This document shows, piece by piece, positions 20,531-29,049 of a stretch of DNA of 64,000 nucleotides. The notes beneath the pieces were generated by a model. That model did not search any database. It was not told the DNA's origin and saw only the letters and a program-made list of their open reading frames with translations. The position numbers and the translations under genes are program-made. The stretch is from an uncultured Gammaproteobacteria bacterium (lineage in GTDB: Bacteria; Patescibacteriota; Patescibacteriia; Magasanikbacterales; GWA2-37-8). The stretch is taken from contig CAZBWU010000003.1 in NCBI GenBank assembly GCA_964496095.1, forward strand, positions 65,901-129,900, given 5' to 3'. Position 1 is the first letter of the stretch; every line of letters begins with the position of its first letter.

Positions 20531-20606
20531 TTCACGAATGCGCTCGAGCGCCACGAATGAGACTAATATTTCTATCATTCGTGGGCCTCAAGGCCATTCG
20601 TGAAAT
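20531..20606. repeat. empty GxxExxY-type inverted repeat element
   Basis: ttcacgaatgcgctcgagcgccacgaat...attcgtgggcctcaaggccattcgtgaa. Confidence 0.7.
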
Positions 20607-20611
20607 TCTCA

Positions 20612-21397
20612 TCACAATAGTCCCATATACCAATCTACAATTCTATTTCCCCAAACAATACAAACAAGTGTCGCCGCAGCCAGATAAGTTCCAAACGGTG
20701 TAGCGCTTTTTAAAGTTTTCTTCTTAAAAACTAATAATAGCAAACTTATAACTGCTCCGGAGATATAGGCGATAAAAAGCGCGGCCAAACTTATCGGCCA
20801 ACCCAACCACAAACCCATCATCACTCCCAAGCGCACATCCCCTCCTCCAATCCAACGTCCTTTGGAAACTGCAAATTGCAACAAGAAAAAACCACTAATT
20901 ACAACTGCGCCAAGCAACATTGACGTGATACTATAATCCAAATATAAATTAAAAAAAATGCCAATCAAAGATCCTAACCAAACAACTTCAGATAGAACTT
21001 CTTGATACAGGGCATCATAAACAAAAACTACAATTAAAATTATCAAAAAAATTATATTTCGCAAAAAATACAAATAATTTTCAGTCGGATGATTCAAAGA
21101 ATGTCTAGCTAACAGAACAAACAAGATGGAGGTAACAATTTCTACCAAAGTATAATGAAGTGGAATAGGATTTTTACAAGTCAGACATTTACCTTTTAAG
21201 GCGATAAAACTCAACACCGGAATATTTTCATACCAACGCAATTGACGATGACAAACCGGGCACATGCTCCGCCCACTGGTAATACGATAATTTTCACGAG
21301 TTCGCCAAATCCAAGCATTGAGAAAACTACCCACCGATAGACCTAGGAAGAAAATGATAAGGTAAGCAAACTTACCGAAAAATTGATAGTAATACAT
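20612..21397 (-). CDS. pilD: prepilin peptidase
   Basis: GSFLN, RSMCPVC...WYENIP...GKCLTC, GGGDVRL, PFGTYL. Confidence 0.95.
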   Translation of the reverse strand: MYYYQFFGKFAYLIIFFLGLSVGSFLNAWIWRTRENYRITSGRSMCPVCHRQLRWYENIPVLSFIALKGKCLTCKNPIPLHYTLVEIVTSILFVLLARHSLNHPTENYLYFLRNIIFLIILIVVFVYDALYQEVLSEVVWLGSLIGIFFNLYLDYSITSMLLGAVVISGFFLLQFAVSKGRWIGGGDVRLGVMMGLWLGWPISLAALFIAYISGAVISLLLLVFKKKTLKSATPFGTYLAAATLVCIVWGNRIVDWYMGLL

Positions 21398-21423
21398 AAT
21401 GATATATAATAACACAATTGCAA

Positions 21424-21470
21424 AAAAACAAAAATCCCGCTCTTTTGCAAGGGCGGGAATCTTGTTTTTC
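21424..21470 (-). terminator. intrinsic terminator after the pilin gene
   Basis: tcccgctctt-ttgc-aagggcggga flanked by A/T runs. Confidence 0.75.
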
Positions 21471-21483
21471 AAATTTGAAAAAA

Positions 21484-21933
21484 CTAGTTAGAAGTGTCTG
21501 CGATTCCAGATGGACTCAAGGTGATTCCACCAGTTAAGTTATTCATGGCTGTTTCCAAGGTAGCAGTGATTGTATATGTATTAACACCCTTTGTGTATAC
21601 ATAACTTTGAGCTGTTAATGGATCTGCTGGAACTTGTCCCATATATGGGCTAGCGCATAAAGCAACAGTTGTAAAACCATTACCATCCAAACAAGCGTAG
21701 TCAGAAATTCCTAAAGTGATAGGATTTGCAGCTACCGGATAATCCGTTTTGTCAGTATAGTAAAGTTCTAAAGCGGTTTGCATTTGCTTTAAGTCGGAAA
21801 GACGTTTAGCATCACGAGCTTTTTGTCTCGCATTGCCAAGTGCCACTACTGCCAAGGTTGACAGTAAACCGATAATAGCAATTACAACCAACAACTCAAT
21901 CAAAGTAAAACCTTTATTATTCTTTTTCATCAT
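21484..21933 (-). CDS. type IV pilin
   Basis: KGFTLIELLVVIAIIGLL N-methylation motif; strong RBS and own terminator suggest a major pilin. Confidence 0.95.
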   Translation of the reverse strand: MMKKNNKGFTLIELLVVIAIIGLLSTLAVVALGNARQKARDAKRLSDLKQMQTALELYYTDKTDYPVAANPITLGISDYACLDGNGFTTVALCASPYMGQVPADPLTAQSYVYTKGVNTYTITATLETAMNNLTGGITLSPSGIADTSN

Positions 21934-22022
21934 ATTGTCACCCCCTTCCTATTCTTTGTAGTCATAAGCCTAGTCTTTAAAAATCGATTGCTATATTTTC
22001 CCCTACGTATATTATACCACAT

Positions 22023-22406
22023 TTACAGATGCAAAATCTTTTTTACTTTATCCACAACCTCTGATGGTTTGAAATGAGTCTTGATTAGATAGTCCGCTGC
22101 GCCTTTTTCTAATCCGCGTTGCACATCGTCTTGCTGACCTAAATTGGTCAGTAATATTATAGGAATATTTTTTACCGCCGAATCTGCTTTGACTTTTTCA
22201 AGCACGGCAAAACCATCTAATTTTGGCAATAAGATGTCTAACAAGACCAAGTCTGGCATTTTTTTCTTGATATCTACCAAAGCTTTTTCACCATTGCCAG
22301 CAGTGCTTACCTTAAAGCCTTCCATTTCAAATTTTTTCTGATAAATATCAGCCAAAAAATTATCGTCTTCTACAATCAAGATATGAATTTGATTATTTTG
22401 CGCCAT
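22023..22406 (-). CDS. single-domain response regulator
   Basis: VEDD, LLDILLP and LTN receiver motifs. Confidence 0.93.
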   Translation of the reverse strand: MAQNNQIHILIVEDDNFLADIYQKKFEMEGFKVSTAGNGEKALVDIKKKMPDLVLLDILLPKLDGFAVLEKVKADSAVKNIPIILLTNLGQQDDVQRGLEKGAADYLIKTHFKPSEVVDKVKKILHL

Positions 22407-22429
22407 AAAATTAAATCTAATTTATTTTT

Positions 22430-23578
22430 TTATAACATATCTCTCATCGCCAACCCGACTGCCACTGACATTCTTGGTCCAATTTGGCGAAGTACAGGCT
22501 TGAGACCATCCTGATAAACAACTCTAGCCCAAGCATCGCCAACATAACATTTAATTCTAAATTTACTTTCAATATATTTTGTCAAAAACGGCATCAGCGC
22601 CATTCCGCCGGTCAAAATAATTTTTTCTGGACGCTTGCCTTCGTTGCCAGACTGACGTAAATAAACTTCCAAACTTATTTCTATTTCTTTAAGTATAGGA
22701 TCTATTACTGGCATAAAAATGTCAAGCCACTTTTGCTCACTCAAAATATTATTTCCATTTGTTGGGAGAAAATCAAACAAATCATGCTTTACCTGTTCTA
22801 GCAATTCGATATCCAGTCCCAAAATATTTTGCATTATCTTGTCTATCTTGTCTCCGCCCGCATCTATACTATGATGAGTTATTGGCACTCCTTGATCAAT
22901 GATAAAAAAACTAGTCCTCTCTGCTCCCACATCTATTATCATAGACACAGACTGGTCTCGGCCAATCAAACAACGAGTCAAGGCGGTTGATTCTGGCTCT
23001 AAGGCTTCCAGAGTCAAACCGGCTCTACCAAAAACCTTAGAATAAAAATCGATCAGTTTGTGAGAAACAGCGTTGACCAGCACCCGCTGATTTTTTTCAG
23101 CTGGATTGGTATTTTTTAACACTTGAAAATCCAAAGCCACCTCTTCTAGCGGAATAGGTAATAATTTTTTGACTTCGGCTTTGACAGCGTGATCAAGTTC
23201 TTCTTTTTTGAGAGGAGGTAAAGTGACAACTGCGTGAAATACAGAAGATACAGGCAAACTGACCATGGCGGTCTTAGAAACTACTCGAGCTGTTTTACAT
23301 AGTACCTTTATTGTATCAGCGTATTTGATTATCTGCGCCTCGTTATCCATTTGATCTGAAGCAGCATTGATAGTGGCGGGCTTGTTTTCTTTATTGAGAA
23401 GCCTTGCTATATTTTTATCTTCGTTGGATTGAAATTTGTGAATATCTTGTTTGTCGGAAGTAAAACTATAGGTAAACAAAACTGGTCTTTTCTTTTCTAG
23501 ACGTAATTCTACTAATTTTATTCCACCAGCACCAACATCAATTCCTAAATATGATTTTGGTTTAAAAAAACCGAACAT
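22430..23578 (-). CDS. pilM: type IV pilus assembly protein PilM
   Basis: LGIDVG, IIDVGAERT, IILTGG, AVGLAMR actin-like motifs. Confidence 0.92.
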   Translation of the reverse strand: MFGFFKPKSYLGIDVGAGGIKLVELRLEKKRPVLFTYSFTSDKQDIHKFQSNEDKNIARLLNKENKPATINAASDQMDNEAQIIKYADTIKVLCKTARVVSKTAMVSLPVSSVFHAVVTLPPLKKEELDHAVKAEVKKLLPIPLEEVALDFQVLKNTNPAEKNQRVLVNAVSHKLIDFYSKVFGRAGLTLEALEPESTALTRCLIGRDQSVSMIIDVGAERTSFFIIDQGVPITHHSIDAGGDKIDKIMQNILGLDIELLEQVKHDLFDFLPTNGNNILSEQKWLDIFMPVIDPILKEIEISLEVYLRQSGNEGKRPEKIILTGGMALMPFLTKYIESKFRIKCYVGDAWARVVYQDGLKPVLRQIGPRMSVAVGLAMRDML

Positions 23579-23599
23579 AAGACAAAGTTTAACTTTGGC

Positions 23600-23669
23600 T
23601 GTCATCCTGAATGCAACGAAGGATCCCTTCCACGGTTTAAGGATTCTTCGGCGTTGCCTCAGAACGACA
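23600..23669. repeat. TGTCAT...GACA REP-like repeat
   Basis: tgtcatcctgaatgcaacgaaggatcc...ggattcttcggcgttgcctcagaacgaca. Confidence 0.85.
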
Positions 23670-23799
23670 ATTACACCTAACAGCGTTTTAATTATACCAA
23701 GAATCAGAAGTTAAGTGTATAGCCCAGTTGATAACTGGGGATAAATAAGTTACAATATGAATATTGCTAATAGCCTGATGGCTCACAAATAATGCGAAT

Positions 23800-24171
23800 A
23801 TGGGAGATATAATTTACAAAGATTTATCATTCCAATTAAACGGCATTTTATTTACAACTCAAAACAAACTCGGAACCAAATTTCAAGAAAAACATTATTC
23901 CAAAGCTATCTGCGCCTATCTAGACGAACAAGATATTCCTTACAAAACAGAATTTCCATTCGACGTTAAAATAAATAATACGATTATTGGAAAATTTAGA
24001 GCCGATTTAATTGTTGACAATAAAATTCTTATAGAGTTAAAAGTTACGGACCGCTTAACGATTGACCATAAGATGCAAATGCTTCGGTATTTAGAAGCTC
24101 TTGACCTTAGACTAGGTTTATTAGTAAATTTCAGGATACGTCCTCTGCAAATTTGGAGGATACCTAACTAG
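23800..24171 (+). CDS. GxxExxY protein (PD-(D/E)xK nuclease fold)
   Basis: LGTKFQEKHY, FRADLIVDNKILIELK, YL...LGLLVNF; flanked by inverted repeats. Confidence 0.92.
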   Translation: MGDIIYKDLSFQLNGILFTTQNKLGTKFQEKHYSKAICAYLDEQDIPYKTEFPFDVKINNTIIGKFRADLIVDNKILIELKVTDRLTIDHKMQMLRYLEALDLRLGLLVNFRIRPLQIWRIPN

Positions 24172-24231
24172 AACATTCTAGAAAATTCGTATTATTAGTG
24201 GCCCACAAGGGCATTCGCAAATATCCTAATT

Positions 24232-25653
24232 ATGAAAATTTACAACACCCTCACTCGCGAAATCGAAGAATTCAAACCAATCAAAAAAGGTAAGGCTGGC
24301 CTCTATACCTGTGGCCCCACTGTTTATAATTATGCTCACATAGGCAACTTACGTACTTATGTTTTTGAAGATATTTTGAAAAGAGTTTTGGAATACAACA
24401 AATACAAAGTCAAACATATAATGAACATTACCGACGTTGGCCACCTCACAGACGACGCCGACCAAGGTGAAGATAAAATGGAAAAAGGTTCTGCTCGCGA
24501 AGGTAAAAGCGCTTGGGATATTGCGAAGTTTTATACCAAGGCTTTTGAAAACGACCTCAAAGATCTAAATATTATTTTCCCAACCAAATTTACCAAAGCC
24601 ACAGATAACATCAAAGAACAAATAAACTTAATCAAAAAACTAGAAAAAAAAGGTTTTACATACCAAACCAAAGATGGAGTTTATTTTGATACTTCCAAAT
24701 TAAAAGACTACGGCAAACTAGCTCAACTTGATAAACAAGATTTAAAAGCCGGATCAAGAGTAGAAATGGGTGATAAAAAAAATTCAACTGACTTTGCTCT
24801 CTGGAAATTTTCTACTCCGTTATCCCCTCCTGCCCGAGGAGGGGTTGGAGGTGGTGGGAGAAGACAAATGGAATGGAAGAGTCCTTGGGGCGTTGGTTTC
24901 CCTGGTTGGCATATAGAATGCTCGGCTATGGCTGCCAAATATCTTGGCCAACCTTTTGATATTCATTGTGGAGGTATAGACCATATTCCTGTGCACCATA
25001 CCAATGAAATTGCTCAGAGCGAAGCAGCTGAAGGCAAACCTTTAGCCAACTACTGGATGCATGGGGAGTTTTTGCTAATGGGAAGTGATAAAATGGCAAA
25101 ATCTGGCGATAACTTTGTCACTTTACAAACACTCAAAGAACATGGCATTTCTCCCCTAGCCTATCGCTATCTACTTTTGCAAACTCATTACCGAAAACAA
25201 CTCACGTTTAGTTGGGAGGCTTTACAGGCAGCGCAAAATGGTTTGGATCATCTCTATAAAGCCTCTGCAATGTTAAAAAACGATCCTACCATAGTAGATA
25301 AAGATTCAAACATGAAAGAAATTGAGTCATTTGAAAAATCAATTTATAACGACCTTGATATACCAGGCGCGCTCAGTTGGATGTGGATATTACTACAAAG
25401 ACGAGGGCTTACGTATAAAAAACTGTTAGAATTTGATAAAGTGCTTGGTCTACAGATAGACATAAATGTAAAAAGAATAAATAAAATAAAAACAGAAAAA
25501 AAACCTCCTGAGATTCAAAAACTAATCTCTGCTCGCAACGCTGCTCGCACATCAAAGGACTGGGTCAAGAGCGACGAACTACGAAAAGAAATAGAAGCTT
25601 TAGGATATACGGTTGAAGATAGAGCTGATGGAACAAAAATAATTAAAATTTAA
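24232..25653 (+). CDS. cysS: cysteine-tRNA ligase with a short palindromic insertion
   Basis: [23 protein letters not shown]. Confidence 0.98.
   Translation: MKIYNTLTREIEEFKPIKKGKAGLYTCGPTVYNYAHIGNLRTYVFEDILKRVLEYNKYKVKHIMNITDVGHLTDDADQGEDKMEKGSAREGKSAWDIAKFYTKAFENDLKDLNIIFPTKFTKATDNIKEQINLIKKLEKKGFTYQTKDGVYFDTSKLKDYGKLAQLDKQDLKAGSRVEMGDKKNSTDFALWKFSTPLSPPARGGVGGGGRRQMEWKSPWGVGFPGWHIECSAMAAKYLGQPFDIHCGGIDHIPVHHTNEIAQSEAAEGKPLANYWMHGEFLLMGSDKMAKSGDNFVTLQTLKEHGISPLAYRYLLLQTHYRKQLTFSWEALQAAQNGLDHLYKASAMLKNDPTIVDKDSNMKEIESFEKSIYNDLDIPGALSWMWILLQRRGLTYKKLLEFDKVLGLQIDINVKRINKIKTEKKPPEIQKLISARNAARTSKDWVKSDELRKEIEALGYTVEDRADGTKIIKI
24814..24858. repeat. CCCCTCC...GGAGGGG palindrome inserted in frame in cysS
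   Basis: tcccctcc-tgcccga-ggaggggttggaggtgg encodes [15 protein letters not shown]. Confidence 0.7.
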
Positions 25654-26531
25654 AATTTCTTCTTATAGACAATATTTATCGCCGAGGGCAAGATGTGCAT
25701 CTGCAAATTTTTGGCACGAAAAACTTCACCATCAACTTGGATAAATTTTCCTCTCCGCTGATTTATTGATATTTCTTTCCCTGAAAATATTTGAACTCTC
25801 GGAGTTCTATCTATGCCACGCCAAAAAGAATACGCTAGAGAGTAAAAAATATCCCATAAGGTATAGGGATTAAAAACTACCACATCTAAAACGCCATCGC
25901 TAGGAGATATTTTTTTATCCAAAGGAATCCCCAAAACAGAGAGTCCGTTTAACACAATCGCAATTTTCCCCACTGTTTCGTATCGCTTGCCATCCACCAC
26001 AATCGTATAGCGGTGATTAAAATAAAGAAAAAAAGTTTTTAAAAAAGAAATTACATAAGCAAAAACCCCGTACTGTTTTTTAAGTTTACGTGTTGTTTGA
26101 TTTATGAGCGATGTATCATAGCCTTGCCCAGCACATATCAAGGCATAATATTGTCGATTTACACTAACAGCATCCAAAGTTTGCGACGAAGATGTCAGGG
26201 CGAAATCTAAAGAATTTGACAATGGAAACAAAGGTATTCCTAACGTAAGCGCTAAAATATTGGCTGAGCCTAATGGAATAATAGCTAATGGCACTGAAAT
26301 TTTATTCTCAATAAAAAACTGAGCTACTTCTCGCACCGTACCATCTCCCCCAACCACCAAAACTCTCTCATAGCTATCTTGCAAAAAAATACTAAAATCC
26401 TGATGAGGAACAGGCTTAGTTTCAAACCATGTATAATCTACTTTTCGATCTAGTAGAATTTTTTTAATTTTGCTTGCATTATCTATCCAACGCAAACCCG
26501 AAACTGGGTTATAAATAACAAAAATTTTCAT
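25650..26531 (-). CDS. diacylglycerol kinase-family lipid kinase
   Basis: [25 protein letters not shown]. Confidence 0.92.
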   Translation of the reverse strand: MKIFVIYNPVSGLRWIDNASKIKKILLDRKVDYTWFETKPVPHQDFSIFLQDSYERVLVVGGDGTVREVAQFFIENKISVPLAIIPLGSANILALTLGIPLFPLSNSLDFALTSSSQTLDAVSVNRQYYALICAGQGYDTSLINQTTRKLKKQYGVFAYVISFLKTFFLYFNHRYTIVVDGKRYETVGKIAIVLNGLSVLGIPLDKKISPSDGVLDVVVFNPYTLWDIFYSLAYSFWRGIDRTPRVQIFSGKEISINQRRGKFIQVDGEVFRAKNLQMHILPSAINIVYKKKF

Positions 26532-27261
26532 ACATTATAATCACCGCGTTTAAAGGCTTGTCGAATCTTCATAAATTCTTTGGTGATTTTTATAGCATCT
26601 TTGATAGGATTTATTTTTGTACGCTGGTCATGCACCCAAGCCACCGGTAACTCTCTAATTTTATAACCCAAAGCCTGAGCCAGTGCCAAAACCTCCAAAT
26701 CAAAAGCCCAGCCATTAAATTTGGCACGCGAAAAGCAAGCTTGAGCTGATTCAGCGGTAAACAATTTAAAACCACACTGTGTATCACTAATTCCACTAAT
26801 AAGGCCTTTTCTCACGACTCTGTTAGCAATCCTAGACCAAACACGACGATACCAAGGAGCCTTTACTGCACCATATGCTCCAATCGCTCGACGCGAACCA
26901 ATCGCTATATGACTGCCAGCTGTAATAGCTGACAATAATTGTGGTAACTGCTCTATAGTAGTGGAATTATCCGCATCCATAAATAACCGTAAGTTGCCTT
27001 TTGCCTCAAGCATTCCTAGTCGTACCACATGGCCTTTTCCTTTATTTGGAAAACTTCTACCAAACGCAGGTATGGCAATTCCTTTGCAATAGCCGTAACA
27101 ACTTCGCTGGTATTGTCGCTGGATCCATCATTGACTACAATAATTTCATGAACAATATTTTGTTTGATTAACCATTCGCTAGTAGCACGCAAAGTCGGCA
27201 CGATACGCTCGGCTTCATTATAGGCTGGAATTATAACGGATAAATAGATACTTTCATTCAT
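26528..27261 (-). pseudogene. frameshifted GT2 dolichyl-phosphate glucosyltransferase-like gene
   Basis: N-part SVIIPAYNE/VNDGSSD and C-part FMDAD/DTQCGFK are in different frames; adding one base near 27055 restores LVESFPNKGKGHVVRLG. Confidence 0.85.
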
Positions 27262-27354
27262 ATAATTGATTATAGCACACAGATAATAAAAACCAACTTA
27301 AAATTTATACCAAAAAATACTCCCCACAAAGTGAAGTAGGCTTATATTTTAATC

Positions 27355-28284
27355 CTAATCCATCCACTTCTTAATCTTAAATACCGAGAGCATCAGCATC
27401 GCGCCGATAAAAATAATAATAGAAATAATTGCAAATCCAAAAGGATTATCTATAAATGGTGTTCCCCCAGCATGAATGGCAAAAATAGTAGCTACGAGTG
27501 TCAAAGGAAAAGTGATTACCGAGATAATAGTAAGAGTCTTCATAATCTCATTCATCCGCAAACCAACCACCGACTCATTGGTTTCATCGAGAGCATCGGC
27601 GCTTTCTTTTTGGCTTTCTAGGGTATGCCAAATTTCAGCTACATGATCACGAGCGGTGTTTATATACAGTTGATAAGATTGTAGATCTAATTCCCTACCA
27701 CCACGACTGATTAAATGATCTAAAACTGTTTTATGACCTTGCATGGCTCGGCGGAAATTTACTACATTCATTTTCAATCTCAAAATCTCTTCGGCCATTT
27801 TTCTATCCGGAATTTTGACAAACAAAATTTTATCAATAGAATTCGTGTCGTCGTTCACATGTAACAAAATCGGAAAGATGGACTCCAACATACGATTGAG
27901 GAGTTCAAAAAATATATGAGCCGAAGTGCCATTAAAATATTTTTCTCTAAGCTCCGATTTCTTTTGGCAACTATTAAAAAACTCTTCTATAACAGCCAAA
28001 CTGCCATTATGTACGGTAATTAAACTACTGCTATTTAAGAAAAAATCCACTTCCGCAAAGCCTAAACGCCTAGTTTTACGGTCAAAAACCGGAAAATGTA
28101 AGACCAAAAAATAATAATTGTCGCGTTTGACAAACTTAGGACGCTGGAACGAAGGCAGGCTTTCTGAAATTTCTTGATCAGTAAATTGAAACCTTTTCTG
28201 CAAAGCGCGCAAAACCTTTTCTTCAGATTGGGTGACATTAACCCAGAGCAAACCATTATTTTGAATTTCGTTTAAATTTTTCAT
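27355..28284 (-). CDS. corA: CorA-family Mg2+/Co2+ transporter
   Basis: RPK...YYFLVLHFP, MNEIMKTLTIIS plus two TMs; GMN motif replaced by AIH. Confidence 0.85.
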   Translation of the reverse strand: MKNLNEIQNNGLLWVNVTQSEEKVLRALQKRFQFTDQEISESLPSFQRPKFVKRDNYYFLVLHFPVFDRKTRRLGFAEVDFFLNSSSLITVHNGSLAVIEEFFNSCQKKSELREKYFNGTSAHIFFELLNRMLESIFPILLHVNDDTNSIDKILFVKIPDRKMAEEILRLKMNVVNFRRAMQGHKTVLDHLISRGGRELDLQSYQLYINTARDHVAEIWHTLESQKESADALDETNESVVGLRMNEIMKTLTIISVITFPLTLVATIFAIHAGGTPFIDNPFGFAIISIIIFIGAMLMLSVFKIKKWMD

Positions 28285-28293
28285 AATTCTTTT

Positions 28294-28447
28294 TGTCATC
28301 CTGAACGTAGTGAAGAATCTCTGTCGGCTGTTCGTTGTCATCCCCGACCTGATCGGGGATCCAGCGTACAATTAAATTGCCTGGATTCCCGCTGTTGCGG
28401 GAATGACAATTGTTTGGGCAGGGATTCTTCGCCTTGCTCAGAATGAC
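28294..28447. repeat. nested REP-like composite repeat
   Basis: outer tgtcatcctgaac...cagaatgaca encloses an inner tgtcatcccc...ggggatccag...ctggattcccgc...gcgggaatgaca. Confidence 0.88.
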
Positions 28448-28536
28448 AGTTGATAAAATCCTAAATAACAATGTAAATACATTATAGCACATTGTTGAAG
28501 AAGCTAAAATATGTTATCATACTTTATATCCATCTT

Positions 28537-29034
28537 ATGGCTTTCAAACCAATAAAGGAAAAAATTCCAGATAAAAACTCCTCTGAAATTAATAACCCTC
28601 AACAAGAGGTTGATTTAAAATTGGAAGAAGAAGCTAGTGTTGAAAATGAACAAGGTGAAAAGCGCGAAAAACAAGAAAAAATATCTAGAGAGTCTGGTGA
28701 ACAAAGAGCAAAGCCTACTATTAAACGCCGACCAGCAATGCCTCCTCCAGCCAAGGATGAGACAATTATCAAAATAGAAAAAATACTGGAAGACGGCTTA
28801 AACGATTCCTACCAACGTCTATCCCCTATTGCTCGTCAAGAATTCAAACTCAAAGGCGAACAAACCGCCACTCAAATTCGAGATTTACTAAAAGATAGTC
28901 ACGTTAAAGTCAAAAAAATCTTACGCTTAATCTTGGACTGGCTACGAATGCTTCCTGGTATTAATCACTTTTTCTTAGAACAAGAAGCAAAGATAAAAAC
29001 AGACAAAATAATTTCTCTAAAAAATAGATTCTAA
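28537..29034 (+). CDS. hypothetical protein upstream of the VirB4-like ATPase
   Basis: low-complexity N-terminus, globular C-terminus (PGINHFFLEQEAKIK). Confidence 0.75.
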   Translation: MAFKPIKEKIPDKNSSEINNPQQEVDLKLEEEASVENEQGEKREKQEKISRESGEQRAKPTIKRRPAMPPPAKDETIIKIEKILEDGLNDSYQRLSPIARQEFKLKGEQTATQIRDLLKDSHVKVKKILRLILDWLRMLPGINHFFLEQEAKIKTDKIISLKNRF

Positions 29035-29049
29035 TCCAGCTATCGTGGT

